From Saprospiraceae bacterium (GTDB lineage: Bacteria; Bacteroidota; Bacteroidia; Chitinophagales; Saprospiraceae), in NCBI GenBank assembly GCA_020848965.1, contig JADLHE010000005.1, positions 1-63,810 of the forward strand: a stretch of DNA of 63,810 bases, in the 5' to 3' direction. The notes beneath the pieces were generated by a model that was not told the origin of the DNA, searched no databases, and saw only the letters and a program-made list of their open reading frames with translations. This document shows positions 52,821-62,968 of this stretch, one piece after another. Made by a program: the position numbers and the translations under genes. Position 1 is the stretch's first letter. Every line of letters starts with the position of its first letter.

Positions 52821-54815
52821 ATGAAGTACACGATTTTGGCTTTCAGTTTATTCATTTTCAGCTTCGCAAACGGCCAACTACCCGCTTTCCCCGGAGCGGA
52901 GGGCTTTGGCACCACGACAACCACGGGCGGGCGTGGCGGCACGGTTTATTATGTGACCAACCTCAATTGCAGCGGCCCCGGCTCCCTCAACTACGGCCTC
53001 AGCCAGTCGGGGGCGAAGTACATCCTGTTCAAGGTCAGTGGCATCATTGACTGTGCGGCGGAGGTGCTTTGGGGCAACTGCTATATCGCTGGGCAGACCT
53101 CGCCGGGCGGCGTCACCGTGCGGGGCATCCTCTTCGACGATTTTTACGACCCCGCCGGCTCTGCCGAAAACGTCATCATCCGCCACCTGAACTCCCGGCC
53201 CAGTACCGAGGACGTGCGGGCCGGCACAGGCTGGGTCATGGACGACGCCCTGCGCCTCGACGGGGCGAGCAATATCGTCGTTGACCATTGTTCTTTTGCC
53301 AACGCAACGGATGAATGCGTGCAGCTCTCCCGCAGCTCGAACATCACCATCTCCAATTGCCAACTGGCGGAGACCCTCGGCGGGCACTACTACCTTGGCG
53401 GCATGCTCATGAACTACTCGACCACCGCCCACCCCCGTGACCATGTGAGCATCCACCACAATATCTGGAACCGCATCGGCGGGCGCATGCCCGAAATCTC
53501 CTGCGAGCCGAGCGGCGAGGTGCCCGGCGACATGGACTGTCTGGCGCACCCGTTCCGCTTCGAGTTCTCCAACAACCTGCTCTGGGACATGCCCATCCAG
53601 ATTTACTACGAGCCGCTCGACGAGTTTTTGATTGAGCCAAACTTCGTCAACAACCGCTGCGTGGCAAGGGCCAGCTACGGCGGTGCCATGTTCCACCACC
53701 CCATGCTCGACCACAGCGGTAACGAGTTGTACTCCGATGGCAACACCATGAACCTCTACCCCAGTTACTCGGACTACGAGCTTTTTTATTGCTGCAACGA
53801 CTTCAATCTTTACAATCCCAATCCCGACAACGGCGTGGCCACCCTGCGCTCCAGCCGTTTCAACTACCCTGATATATCCTATACGCCAACTGGAAATTTG
53901 GACGACTATGTCTTCGACAATGTCGGGGCCTTTAACGCCCACAGCAGCATGGGCCGTGACAGCATGAACCGCCGCCTGATGAAGTTCATCAACAACAACA
54001 GCATAGACCCCCAGCCCGTGGACGGTGAGGACTACTACCACGACGCCTTCCTGCTCGACTTTACTACCCCACCCGCCGCCCCGACCGATACCGACAACGA
54101 CGGCATGCCCGATGCTTGGGAAAACACCTATGCCTCCTATGGCCTCGACCCCAACGTGGCCGACCACAACGGCACCCAGCTTTCCGTGCCGTTGACGGGC
54201 ATGGCGGGCTACACCAACCTGGAGTGCTACCTGAACCTATTGGCCGAAAACCTCGTGTCCGGCAACGTCACCCTTGCCACTGAGTTGGTGGACTTCAACG
54301 CCATTCCCATCGCTGCCGAGCGCAAGGTGCTGCTCCGCTGGACGACCGCCAACGAGGCTGATAATCAAGCCTTTATCGTGGAGCACAGCGCCAACGGTCA
54401 TGATTTTGAGGTGGTGGGACGTGTTGCTGCGCAAAACCAATCGCACACCGTCCGCTATGAGTTGGTTGACGAAAACCTGCGGAGCGGCCTGCATTATTAT
54501 CGCCTCGTTGCCCTCGGCAATGACGGCAGCCGGGAGGTTTTCAAGACTGTTTCGGTCAACCTCGTAGCGGCAGGTGATTGGTTGCGGCTGCGCCGCAATA
54601 TTTCCGAAGGGAAAATAGAAGTACAGGTAATGGACGAGCTGCGGCTGCCCTTGCGGGTGGCGCTCTACGACGTGAACGGCCGCATTTGGCGGGACGCCAG
54701 CCTCCAAAACGGGCAAGGCTCGGTGGACGTGTCGGGGCTGCCGTCGGGCGTGTATTTCCTACAGCTTTGGAATGGTTATTTGCGGCACTCGGAGCGGGTG
54801 GTGGTGGGGCGGTAA
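52821..54815 (+). CDS. secreted pectate-lyase-like (right-handed beta-helix) protein with T9SS type A C-terminal sorting domain
   Basis: ORF 52584..54815; the ATG at 52821 gives MKYTILAFSLFIFSFANGQLPAFPGAEGFG. Ca-binding-type DTDNDGMPDAWE. C-terminus VALYDVNGRIW...LPSGVYFLQL. Confidence 0.75.
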   Translation: MKYTILAFSLFIFSFANGQLPAFPGAEGFGTTTTTGGRGGTVYYVTNLNCSGPGSLNYGLSQSGAKYILFKVSGIIDCAAEVLWGNCYIAGQTSPGGVTVRGILFDDFYDPAGSAENVIIRHLNSRPSTEDVRAGTGWVMDDALRLDGASNIVVDHCSFANATDECVQLSRSSNITISNCQLAETLGGHYYLGGMLMNYSTTAHPRDHVSIHHNIWNRIGGRMPEISCEPSGEVPGDMDCLAHPFRFEFSNNLLWDMPIQIYYEPLDEFLIEPNFVNNRCVARASYGGAMFHHPMLDHSGNELYSDGNTMNLYPSYSDYELFYCCNDFNLYNPNPDNGVATLRSSRFNYPDISYTPTGNLDDYVFDNVGAFNAHSSMGRDSMNRRLMKFINNNSIDPQPVDGEDYYHDAFLLDFTTPPAAPTDTDNDGMPDAWENTYASYGLDPNVADHNGTQLSVPLTGMAGYTNLECYLNLLAENLVSGNVTLATELVDFNAIPIAAERKVLLRWTTANEADNQAFIVEHSANGHDFEVVGRVAAQNQSHTVRYELVDENLRSGLHYYRLVALGNDGSREVFKTVSVNLVAAGDWLRLRRNISEGKIEVQVMDELRLPLRVALYDVNGRIWRDASLQNGQGSVDVSGLPSGVYFLQLWNGYLRHSERVVVGR

Positions 54816-54871
54816 GGTCCAAAGCGAGGCGGGCAACTGCGAATTTTTGCCCGTCTCGCACCAATTTTTAA

Positions 54872-56557
<1,686 letters not shown>

Positions 56558-56637
56558 CAATGATAAATGATGAATGATGAATGATGAATCCTCACGGCAC
56601 ATCATTTATCATTCTATCATTTATCATTCATCATTTG
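56558..56637. repeat. AATGATG heptamer array plus inverted TCATCATT-type array forming a long imperfect hairpin between atpD and atpC
   Basis: CAATGATAAATGATGAATGATGAATGATGAATCC ... ACATCATTTATCATTCTATCATTTATCATTCATCATTTG. Confidence 0.85.
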
Positions 56638-56645
56638 AATAAAAG

Positions 56646-56951
56646 ATGAATATCTCCATCTTAACGCCCGATAAAGAAGTTTTTAGTGGTACGGTGATAT
56701 CTGTGAAGGTATCAGGTGCGCTTGGCGAGTTCCAAGTGTTGAAAGGCCACGCCCCGATTGTATCTTCATTGGGAAAAGGCACTGTGACGCTTGTGACTGC
56801 TGGTGGCGAATACCGCTATTATGACCAAGATTCCAGTTCGATTATTACTGGCACGGAGAAAGATAAAACACTGGCCTTTCAGATTGCAGGCGGTTTTATC
56901 GAAGTACTGAACAATGAAGTTTCCCTACTTGCTAGGGGCTTGAAGAAATAG
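56646..56951 (+). CDS. atpC: F0F1 ATP synthase subunit epsilon (short form)
   Basis: MNISILTPDKEVFSGTVISVKVSGALGEFQVLKGHAPIVSSL. Confidence 0.85.
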   Translation: MNISILTPDKEVFSGTVISVKVSGALGEFQVLKGHAPIVSSLGKGTVTLVTAGGEYRYYDQDSSSIITGTEKDKTLAFQIAGGFIEVLNNEVSLLARGLKK

Positions 56952-56978
56952 TTTTTTATTTTTATTTCGCTGTTGTTT

Positions 56979-57016
56979 AAGGGAGGGGTGAAAACACTTC
57001 TCCCTTTTATTTTTTC
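56979..57016 (+). terminator. intrinsic terminator after atpC
   Basis: AAGGGAG..GGTG-AAAA-CACT..CTCCCTT followed by TTATTTTTT. Confidence 0.7.
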
Positions 57017-57042
57017 CAGCAACGGGTAAGTAGGTTTTGATA

Positions 57043-57084
57043 AATCAAAGGCGATGACAGCACCCCGTCATCGCCTTTGATTTT
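57043..57084. terminator. second hairpin between convergent atpC and the epimerase gene
   Basis: AATCAAAGGCGATGAC / GTCATCGCCTTTGATT 16-bp perfect arms followed by TTTT. Confidence 0.65.
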
Positions 57085-57097
57085 GAAAGCGCAATGT

Positions 57098-58081
57098 TTA
57101 AATTTTGCTATTCGCTTTCAACCAATCCACGGTTTCCTGAATCGCCACTTTTATCGGAGTCTGTGGCAAGCCAAGCTCTTGCCTCGCTTTTTCAGGCGAA
57201 TAAAAATTCTCGTCAATAGAGATGCGGCACATTCGGTAGCTGATTTTGGGTGCTTTGCACGTTAGTCGGGCAAGGGTGGTGGCAATGACACCAAAGGCCA
57301 ATACCACAAAACCAGGAATGGCTCGTTTGGGCGGCGGTACCTTCAGCACCTCGGCAATGAGGCTGAAAATTTCCCGGTAGTTCATGTTTTGGTTGCCAAG
57401 CAGGTAGCACGAGCCGGGCGTGGCCTTTTCCAGTGCATTGGCGATGCCAACGCACACGTCCTTCACGGCCACGTAGTTGCGGCCGCCGGGCGTGTAGCCC
57501 GCCAGTTTTCCATGCAAAATATTGTCAATCATCAAGGTAGCTCCGGTCTTGGCAGCGTAGGGGCCGAACATAAAAGTCGGATTCACCACGGCAGCCGGCA
57601 GGCCCCGTTCTTTGACCATGCGCATGACAAGGTCTTGCGCTTCCCGTTTGGTGTCCATATAGCCGAGGCCGTAGTGCCCAGAATTGTAGGGCAGGGTCTC
57701 ATTGCCGGGATTTTGCCGATTGCCATAGCCGTAGCTATTGGCCGTGCCGACGAAGACGATGCGCCGAACGCCCAACTCCAGCGCAGTGTCCATCACGTGG
57801 CGGGTGCCATCCACGTTCACTTTTCTTTGGATTTCGGAGTAATAAGGCCAAACACCCAAGTGCGCTGCCGAGTGTACCAGCCCTTCGCAGCCTTGCATGG
57901 CCTCCCGAATGCTGGCTTGGTCGAGCAAATCTCCGTAGCTGAAGGCAATGGGCAAGCCTTCGAGCGTGACGGGTTGGAGTCCCCGTTGTATGAAAGCAAC
58001 GACCTCGTGGTTGCGTTTCAAGAGTTCCCGGACGAGGTTGCTACCGACAAAGCCATCGGCGCCAGTGACGAGTATTTTCAT
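57098..58081 (-). CDS. NAD-dependent epimerase/dehydratase (extended SDR, dihydroflavonol-reductase-like)
   Basis: ORF 57098..58150; the ATG at 58081 gives MKILVTGADGFVGSNL. YMDTK (YxxxK). Confidence 0.8.
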   Translation of the reverse strand: MKILVTGADGFVGSNLVRELLKRNHEVVAFIQRGLQPVTLEGLPIAFSYGDLLDQASIREAMQGCEGLVHSAAHLGVWPYYSEIQRKVNVDGTRHVMDTALELGVRRIVFVGTANSYGYGNRQNPGNETLPYNSGHYGLGYMDTKREAQDLVMRMVKERGLPAAVVNPTFMFGPYAAKTGATLMIDNILHGKLAGYTPGGRNYVAVKDVCVGIANALEKATPGSCYLLGNQNMNYREIFSLIAEVLKVPPPKRAIPGFVVLAFGVIATTLARLTCKAPKISYRMCRISIDENFYSPEKARQELGLPQTPIKVAIQETVDWLKANSKI

Positions 58082-58124
58082 GAAGTAAATGATTGAAGCC
58101 TGCCTTGTCGGCAGACAGGGATGG
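58082..58124 (-). promoter_or_regulatory. start-codon-proximal motif with CTGCC-N5-GGCAG hairpin, copy upstream of the epimerase gene
   Basis: The minus strand reads CCATCCCTGTCTGCCGACAAGGCAGGCTTCAATCATTTACTTC, directly followed by the ATG at 58081. Confidence 0.45.
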
Positions 58125-58200
58125 AATGAGTGAAGGATGGAAGGAAACACACGGCAACAATATCAACCCTTGATTCCCTCAGCCCTTCATTCCTTGAACG
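58118..58200. repeat. GGAATGA/GAAGGAT words and an inverted CCCTTCATTCC copy in the 5' region of the epimerase gene
   Basis: GGGATGGAATGAGTGAAGGATGGAAGGAAAC ... TTGATTCCCTCAGCCCTTCATTCCTTGAACGG. Confidence 0.55.
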
Positions 58201-58222
58201 GCGACAAAGGTACATTTTGAAC

Positions 58223-58257
58223 CAAAAAAAAGACCCGCAACGCCGTGTTGCAGGTCT
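58223..58257 (-). terminator. intrinsic terminator of the ECF sigma / anti-sigma / Spy-like unit
   Basis: AGACCTGCAAC / GTTGCGGGTCT on the minus strand (one mismatch), followed by T8. Confidence 0.75.
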
Positions 58258-58285
58258 TTTTATAAAAACTCAGGTGTTAATTGCT

Positions 58286-58783
58286 TCAATTGCGCCTAGG
58301 CGCTCCGCCTTGGCGGGCTTCCCGGCGCTTTTTGATTTCTTCGAGCAGGGCCACCTTGAAGTCCCGGTCAATGCGCTGGAGCAAGGCCACCTTGCGCACA
58401 GGCAGCACTTCCATGAAGCGGCGAACGTAGTCACGGCGGAGCTTCACCAGTTGTTCTTCCATTTCGATGTGCTGCATGATGGCGGCCTCCACCTCTTTGT
58501 CCGACAAAAGTTCGAGCTTTTTGTCTTCGAGGTCATACTTGTCCTTGAGGCCGTCCCGCTCGTTTTCAAATTGGTTGTACAAGGGCCAAAAAGCCTTGGA
58601 TTCGTCAGGCGTGAGTTGCAGCCTTTCGGTGAAAAAGGCAATTTTGAAGGCTTCCATCTTCTCCTGCCGCTTCTCGCCACGGGGGCCGGGCTGCGCCATC
58701 ACTGAAATTGCGAAGGCGAAAAGAAATACAGTTGCGAAACTTAATTTTTTCATTGCTTTAAATTTTACAGCCGCCATATTCAT
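58286..58783 (-). CDS. periplasmic Spy/CpxP-like helical protein, last gene of the ECF sigma unit
   Basis: Signal peptide. Lys/Glu-rich helices with the LTPDESKAFWPLY motif. Confidence 0.4.
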   Translation of the reverse strand: MNMAAVKFKAMKKLSFATVFLFAFAISVMAQPGPRGEKRQEKMEAFKIAFFTERLQLTPDESKAFWPLYNQFENERDGLKDKYDLEDKKLELLSDKEVEAAIMQHIEMEEQLVKLRRDYVRRFMEVLPVRKVALLQRIDRDFKVALLEEIKKRREARQGGAPRRN

Positions 58784-58847
58784 TGGGTCGGCAAAGGTTT
58801 TAGTTGTAAAAACTGGCTAGGTGCATGCGCAGTGAGCGACTGCCAAC

Positions 58848-59420
58848 TCACAAAAGCTCCTCTAAATCTTCGACGTTGATTTCATCAATCACATCGTCAA
58901 TATACTCTTCCATTTCCTCCACTTCGGGCTTTGGGGCCGCTGTTTTCGGTAGGGAAGGCTTTGTTTTCGACTGTGTTTTTATTTCGGGCAATTCAGGGCC
59001 AGCGGTTTCCAGCACGAGGTCGTGGTCAAAATCACTGATATTCTCTGAGACGTAGGCGAAAAGCTCCTCGTCACTGATGTCGTTCAAGCTAACTGCTGCA
59101 ATTGGTGGTGCAGTCTCCCTGTCTGATTTGCCAATGAACCAGATTCCAGCCACCACCAAGGCCAGCACCGAAGCAAATGCCATTGCATACCGGGGCTGTA
59201 GGAGGCCCGCAAAGAACTCCCCTGCCCGCTCCATCCAACTTGGCTGGGGCAATGGCTGCGGCACAGGCTCCTTGGCCTTGCGCAAGACCTCATCAGGCAG
59301 GTGCTTGAAGTAGTTCTTCGGCACTTGCAGCCCAGTCTGGGGCGATTGTTCCTTCATTTTTTTGAGGAACGGCAGTTCGCCCAACTCGTCCCTCAGTTCT
59401 TTATCGTTCATGCTACTCAT
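58848..59420 (-). CDS. putative anti-sigma factor (single-pass membrane protein)
   Basis: Position directly after the ECF sigma gene. One TM helix (FASVLALVVAGIWFI) and an acidic C-terminal tail. Confidence 0.5.
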   Translation of the reverse strand: MSSMNDKELRDELGELPFLKKMKEQSPQTGLQVPKNYFKHLPDEVLRKAKEPVPQPLPQPSWMERAGEFFAGLLQPRYAMAFASVLALVVAGIWFIGKSDRETAPPIAAVSLNDISDEELFAYVSENISDFDHDLVLETAGPELPEIKTQSKTKPSLPKTAAPKPEVEEMEEYIDDVIDEINVEDLEELL

Positions 59421-59447
59421 TTCAAATTTTTCATTCCCGTAGGGAGC

Positions 59448-60011
59448 CTAATCGCAATTCACCAGGTACCCTTCGATTTTTTTGGCTGCATGGTGAAACG
59501 ATGCCTTCAGTGCCCCCTCCGAGGTGCCCAGCAGTTCGGACATTTCGGCGTAGCTCATTTCATCGAAATAGCGCAGGTTGAACACCTGCCGCTGTTTGTC
59601 GGGCAGGGTTTCAATGGCTGCCAGCAGTTTCAGTTGCGCAGCATCGCCGTCGAAATGCTCGTCGGCCCGCAGGCTATTGGCCATCGGGCTTTCGCCAGCA
59701 TCGAGCGGGGTGGACATACGCTGCTTTTTTTTGTTCAAAAAAGTGATGGCCTCGTTCGTTGCAATGCGGTAGAGCCAAGTAAAGAGCTTCGACTTTCCCT
59801 CGAAAGTGTGGTGGCTACGATAGATTTTCACAAAGCAGTTTTGAAGCACATCGTTGGCATCTTCGTGGTCAAAGACCATACGGCGCACTTGCCAGTAGAG
59901 CCGCTCTTGGTACGATTCCATCAGTAGCCGAAAGCCACGGTCGGCTTGGCTGCCACCCTCCCGCAGCAGTGACAAAATCCTTTCGTCCACGATTTCGCTG
60001 TTTTGCACCAT
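59448..60011 (-). CDS. ECF-type RNA polymerase sigma-70 factor
   Basis: Region 2 (DANDVLQNCFVKIY...FTWLYRIATNEA) and region 4 (LPDKQRQVFNLRYFDEMSYAEMSELLG). Confidence 0.9.
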   Translation of the reverse strand: MVQNSEIVDERILSLLREGGSQADRGFRLLMESYQERLYWQVRRMVFDHEDANDVLQNCFVKIYRSHHTFEGKSKLFTWLYRIATNEAITFLNKKKQRMSTPLDAGESPMANSLRADEHFDGDAAQLKLLAAIETLPDKQRQVFNLRYFDEMSYAEMSELLGTSEGALKASFHHAAKKIEGYLVNCD

Positions 60012-60243
60012 CGAATCTTGCGTGAGGGTTTGGTGGATAGACTTCTACAAGTTGGCAAAGTTTAAAAAGCCTGTAAAAATTTTATTGTTATGCTCGAAAA
60101 AGCCTTCTCGCACAATTTTTGCCATAAAACCCAGTTAGGCGCAGGTAAAAGTTGAACATGGCTTGTGCATTATCTCCATTGCAGCCATCCTCACTACTTT
60201 TGTTGCACTTAAACAAGCCCCTGAGTCCTTAAAACTGATAGTC

Positions 60244-62403
60244 ATGAGAATTCTACCACATAAAGATTTGTTCCGCAAGATAGCATTTGCCTGTCTTGCT
60301 GCGGCAGCGCTTGGAACTACTTCGCCACTGCTGGCGCAATCCAAGACCATAGACAAGGCCAACGAACTCTATAAAAACAACCAGTTCTCCGATGCAGCGG
60401 ACCTATACCGCCGTGCCTTGCAGGAAATGGAAAACGAGGGCAAACTGGGTCGGAATGCCACCACGCTCAAGAGCAAACTCGCCTATTGCTACCGCATGAA
60501 CAACAAAATGGACATGGCCGAGGCACTCTACGCCGAAGTGGTGAAGGACGAAACCGCAAAGGCGGATAACCTATACTATTATGGCGAGGCACTGATGAGC
60601 AATGGCAAGTACGACGAAGCCCGTAAATGGTTTTCGGACTACCAAAAACTGGAGCCACAGGACGAGAAAGCGGGCCTTATGCTTCGGGCTTGCGACTACG
60701 CCCCGCTCATTCAGCCTTATTTCCAATATATTGATATACAGCCGTTTCCGTTCAATTCCGATGCCGATGACAATGCCCCGATTGCTAGCCGAAAGGGCCT
60801 GATTTTCTCCTCGGACCGGAAACAGGGCATGAAGATACTGAAGGAAAAATCGGGCTGGACTGGCCGTGATTACCTCAACCTTTATATCAGCGAGAAAAAA
60901 ACGAATGGCAGTTTTGCAGAGCCGATTCAATACTCCTCCAAACTGAGCGAGGTGAACAAAAACACGGGCAATGCCTCCCTCACCGCCGATGGTTCCGAGA
61001 TTTTCTTTACCCGAAACGACAATGAACTGAACAAGCAGAACACCTACAGCTTGCAACTCTACTCCGCAAAATCGGGCGAAACCGAGCGCTGGAAAGACGT
61101 CGAAAAACTGCCATTTTGCTCATCAAACCACAATTTCATGCACCCCGCTGTATCGCCCGATGGCAAATTGCTCTTTTTTGCATCCAATCGGGCAGGCGGC
61201 TTCGGCGGCACGGACCTTTGGGTTTCGGAGCGGAAAAATGGCGAATGGAGCAAGCCGGAAAACCTCGGCCCCGCAGTGAACACCACGGCCAACGAGGGCT
61301 TCCCGTTCGTGGCGATTGATGGCAAATTGTATTTCTGCTCCAAAGGCCACCCCGGCTTCGGCGGCTTCGATATTTTCATGACCTACAAAGACGAGAACGG
61401 GGCCTGGCAGCCAGCCACCAACCTTGGCAAACCCATCAATAGCCCATTGGACGATATTTCCATCTTTGTTGCCAACGACGAGCATAGTGGCTATTTCACC
61501 AGCAGCCGCAGTGGCGGCGATGATGATATTTACATTTTCACCGTGCTGGACAAAGCACCCGAATTACCCACGGCGGAGGAGCCAGTAGCTATTGTAACAA
61601 CACCAACCGTAGCTCCTGCCATAACGGAAACACCCCAACCAGCTAGTGAGGAAATAGCCGTTGAGGAGCCAGCAGCCGTTGTAGAAACGAAAAAAATAGA
61701 ACTCCCCATTGCGACGCCGCCGCCTGCAAAAGTGGAGGAAAGCCCCGTGCAGTCGGTTCAAAAGCCCCAATCTCAGCCCGTTGCCGTTGAAGAGCCTACC
61801 CCCAAAACGCATCAAAAAAGCGAAGAATTAAAGCCAGTAGCACCTGCGGAAACTGATAAAGGCCCAGCTTCGGAAGTAGTCCCACCAACTACCCAAAGCA
61901 AAGACCCTTTTGCGCCGACTGAAGTTGCGGAGCAAAAGCCCAAAACACTGGAGCCTGGGAAAAGCTATATCAACCAATTGGGCAGTTTCGTTGATTTATC
62001 CAGCAAGCTGGATGATGGTAGCTTAGCATTGGGCGAGCGTTTTCGCTTGGATGGCGCAGTGTTCGACCCCAATGTTTGGCAGTTGACCCCAAGGGTCATT
62101 AACCCATTGAACAAACTGGCGAACCTATTGAAAAACTATCCTTCGCTTCAAGTTGAAATCAGTGCGCATACGGAGGCGCTGGGTGTGGATGAAACAAACC
62201 TCCAAATTTCGGAGAGCCGAGCCGGTACCATCTTAGATTATCTGGTACGGGAAGGCATTGACAAGCGACGTATCCTGACAAAGGGCTGCGGGGAAACCAT
62301 GCCCCTCAACCATTGCCGAAATGGGGAGACTTGCAGCATGGATGAACACATGCTCAACCATCGCATAGAGGTAAAAGTGTTGGCCGTAGATGGAAAATGG
62401 TAA
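60244..62403 (+). CDS. OmpA-family protein with TPR region, TolB-like beta-propeller repeats, Pro-rich linker and C-terminal OmpA domain
   Basis: ORF 60163..62403; the ATG at 60244 gives MRILPHKDLFRKIAFACLAAAALG. Repeated SPDG..L.F.S.R.GG.G..D.. propeller blades. C-terminus ISAHTEALGVDETNLQISESRAGTILDYL. Confidence 0.8.
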   Translation: MRILPHKDLFRKIAFACLAAAALGTTSPLLAQSKTIDKANELYKNNQFSDAADLYRRALQEMENEGKLGRNATTLKSKLAYCYRMNNKMDMAEALYAEVVKDETAKADNLYYYGEALMSNGKYDEARKWFSDYQKLEPQDEKAGLMLRACDYAPLIQPYFQYIDIQPFPFNSDADDNAPIASRKGLIFSSDRKQGMKILKEKSGWTGRDYLNLYISEKKTNGSFAEPIQYSSKLSEVNKNTGNASLTADGSEIFFTRNDNELNKQNTYSLQLYSAKSGETERWKDVEKLPFCSSNHNFMHPAVSPDGKLLFFASNRAGGFGGTDLWVSERKNGEWSKPENLGPAVNTTANEGFPFVAIDGKLYFCSKGHPGFGGFDIFMTYKDENGAWQPATNLGKPINSPLDDISIFVANDEHSGYFTSSRSGGDDDIYIFTVLDKAPELPTAEEPVAIVTTPTVAPAITETPQPASEEIAVEEPAAVVETKKIELPIATPPPAKVEESPVQSVQKPQSQPVAVEEPTPKTHQKSEELKPVAPAETDKGPASEVVPPTTQSKDPFAPTEVAEQKPKTLEPGKSYINQLGSFVDLSSKLDDGSLALGERFRLDGAVFDPNVWQLTPRVINPLNKLANLLKNYPSLQVEISAHTEALGVDETNLQISESRAGTILDYLVREGIDKRRILTKGCGETMPLNHCRNGETCSMDEHMLNHRIEVKVLAVDGKW

Positions 62404-62554
62404 AAATCTTTTGGGCAATTTTACACTAAGTTTATTGGGGTTGCTGTTTTTGTAAATTATTGAATATCAAATACTTGCAAGTTGTTTTACCTTGGAATTT
62501 CCAAAATCCATCCGTTATGGAAATAAAAAAAGTGGCTCTTCAAGTGCGTTGGCT

Positions 62555-62586
62555 ATTGCGCCGTATTGCATAAGCGGTTAAGTTTG
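62555..62586 (+). promoter_or_regulatory. candidate promoter for the pheA leader region
   Basis: ATTG (62555-62558), 20-nt spacer, TAAGTTTG (62579-62586). The leader-1 ATG is 19 nt downstream of the -7 box. Confidence 0.35.
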
Positions 62587-62604
62587 CCGCATAATCGAAA
62601 TCAA

Positions 62605-62661
62605 GATGAATCTGTATCCGAACAATTTTTGGTTTAGCTTTTACTTTTACGGTCAATCGTA
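62605..62661 (+). CDS. candidate leader peptide 1: MNLYPNNFWFSFYFYGQS
   Basis: Own reading. 18 codons, 8 of them F/W/Y. About 12 nt downstream of a candidate promoter. Followed by an antiterminator/terminator pair. Confidence 0.55.
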
Positions 62662-62711
62662 ACGGGGCTAAAGCATTTTGTTCTTCAATCAGGTTTGAAA
62701 ATAAAATCAAA

Positions 62712-62737
62712 GAGTCCCGCTTGCGGGACTTTTTTTT
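62712..62737 (+). terminator. intrinsic terminator (attenuator 1) after leader peptide 1
   Basis: AGTCCCG-CTTG-CGGGACT followed by a long T-run. Confidence 0.7.
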
Positions 62738-62773
62738 TGCCCTTATTCAAAAAGACAAGTGATGAGCGATGAT

Positions 62774-62813
62774 GCGAGCATACTCGAAACTCGCAACTCA
62801 AAACTCATAACTT
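62774..62813. repeat. ACTCGAA-family heptamer array with GCGAGC head, 12 nt upstream of the leader-peptide-2 ATG
   Basis: GCGAGCATACTCGAAACTCGCAACTCAAAACTCATAACTT. Near-identical to 20633..20677. Confidence 0.85.
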
Positions 62814-62824
62814 TTTCCGCAGCC

Positions 62825-62884
62825 ATGTCGCCTAACCAAGTTAACTTTTTCTGGGGTTTTTATTTTTTCTGGGGTACTCCTTAG
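62825..62884 (+). CDS. candidate leader peptide 2: MSPNQVNFFWGFYFFWGTP
   Basis: Own reading. 19 codons, 8 of them F/W/Y. Followed by GGGGACTTT and a strong terminator that ends about 15 nt before the pheA ATG. Confidence 0.6.
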   Translation: MSPNQVNFFWGFYFFWGTP

Positions 62885-62922
62885 GGGACTTTTGGTTTGC
62901 TTTTTTGTGAAAAAGAAAAACG

Positions 62923-62954
62923 AAAGCCCCGCAATGCCGGGGCTTTTTTGTTTT
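62923..62954 (+). terminator. intrinsic terminator (attenuator 2) immediately upstream of pheA
   Basis: AAAGCCCCG-CAATGC-CGGGGCTTT followed by TTTGTTTT. Confidence 0.75.
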
Positions 62955-62968
62955 ATAAATAATTGAAA

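Noticed and set aside
52878-54167. 429-aa ORF on the minus strand
   Set aside because: It is antisense to the pectate-lyase-like gene, which has a signal peptide, recognisable motifs and a T9SS sorting domain. The antisense product is V/G/A/H-rich and low in complexity.
62517-62573. 18-codon ORF MEIKKVALQVRWLLRRIA upstream of leader peptide 1
   Set aside because: It overlaps the candidate promoter boxes, has no aromatic codon run, and has no coupled terminator or antiterminator.
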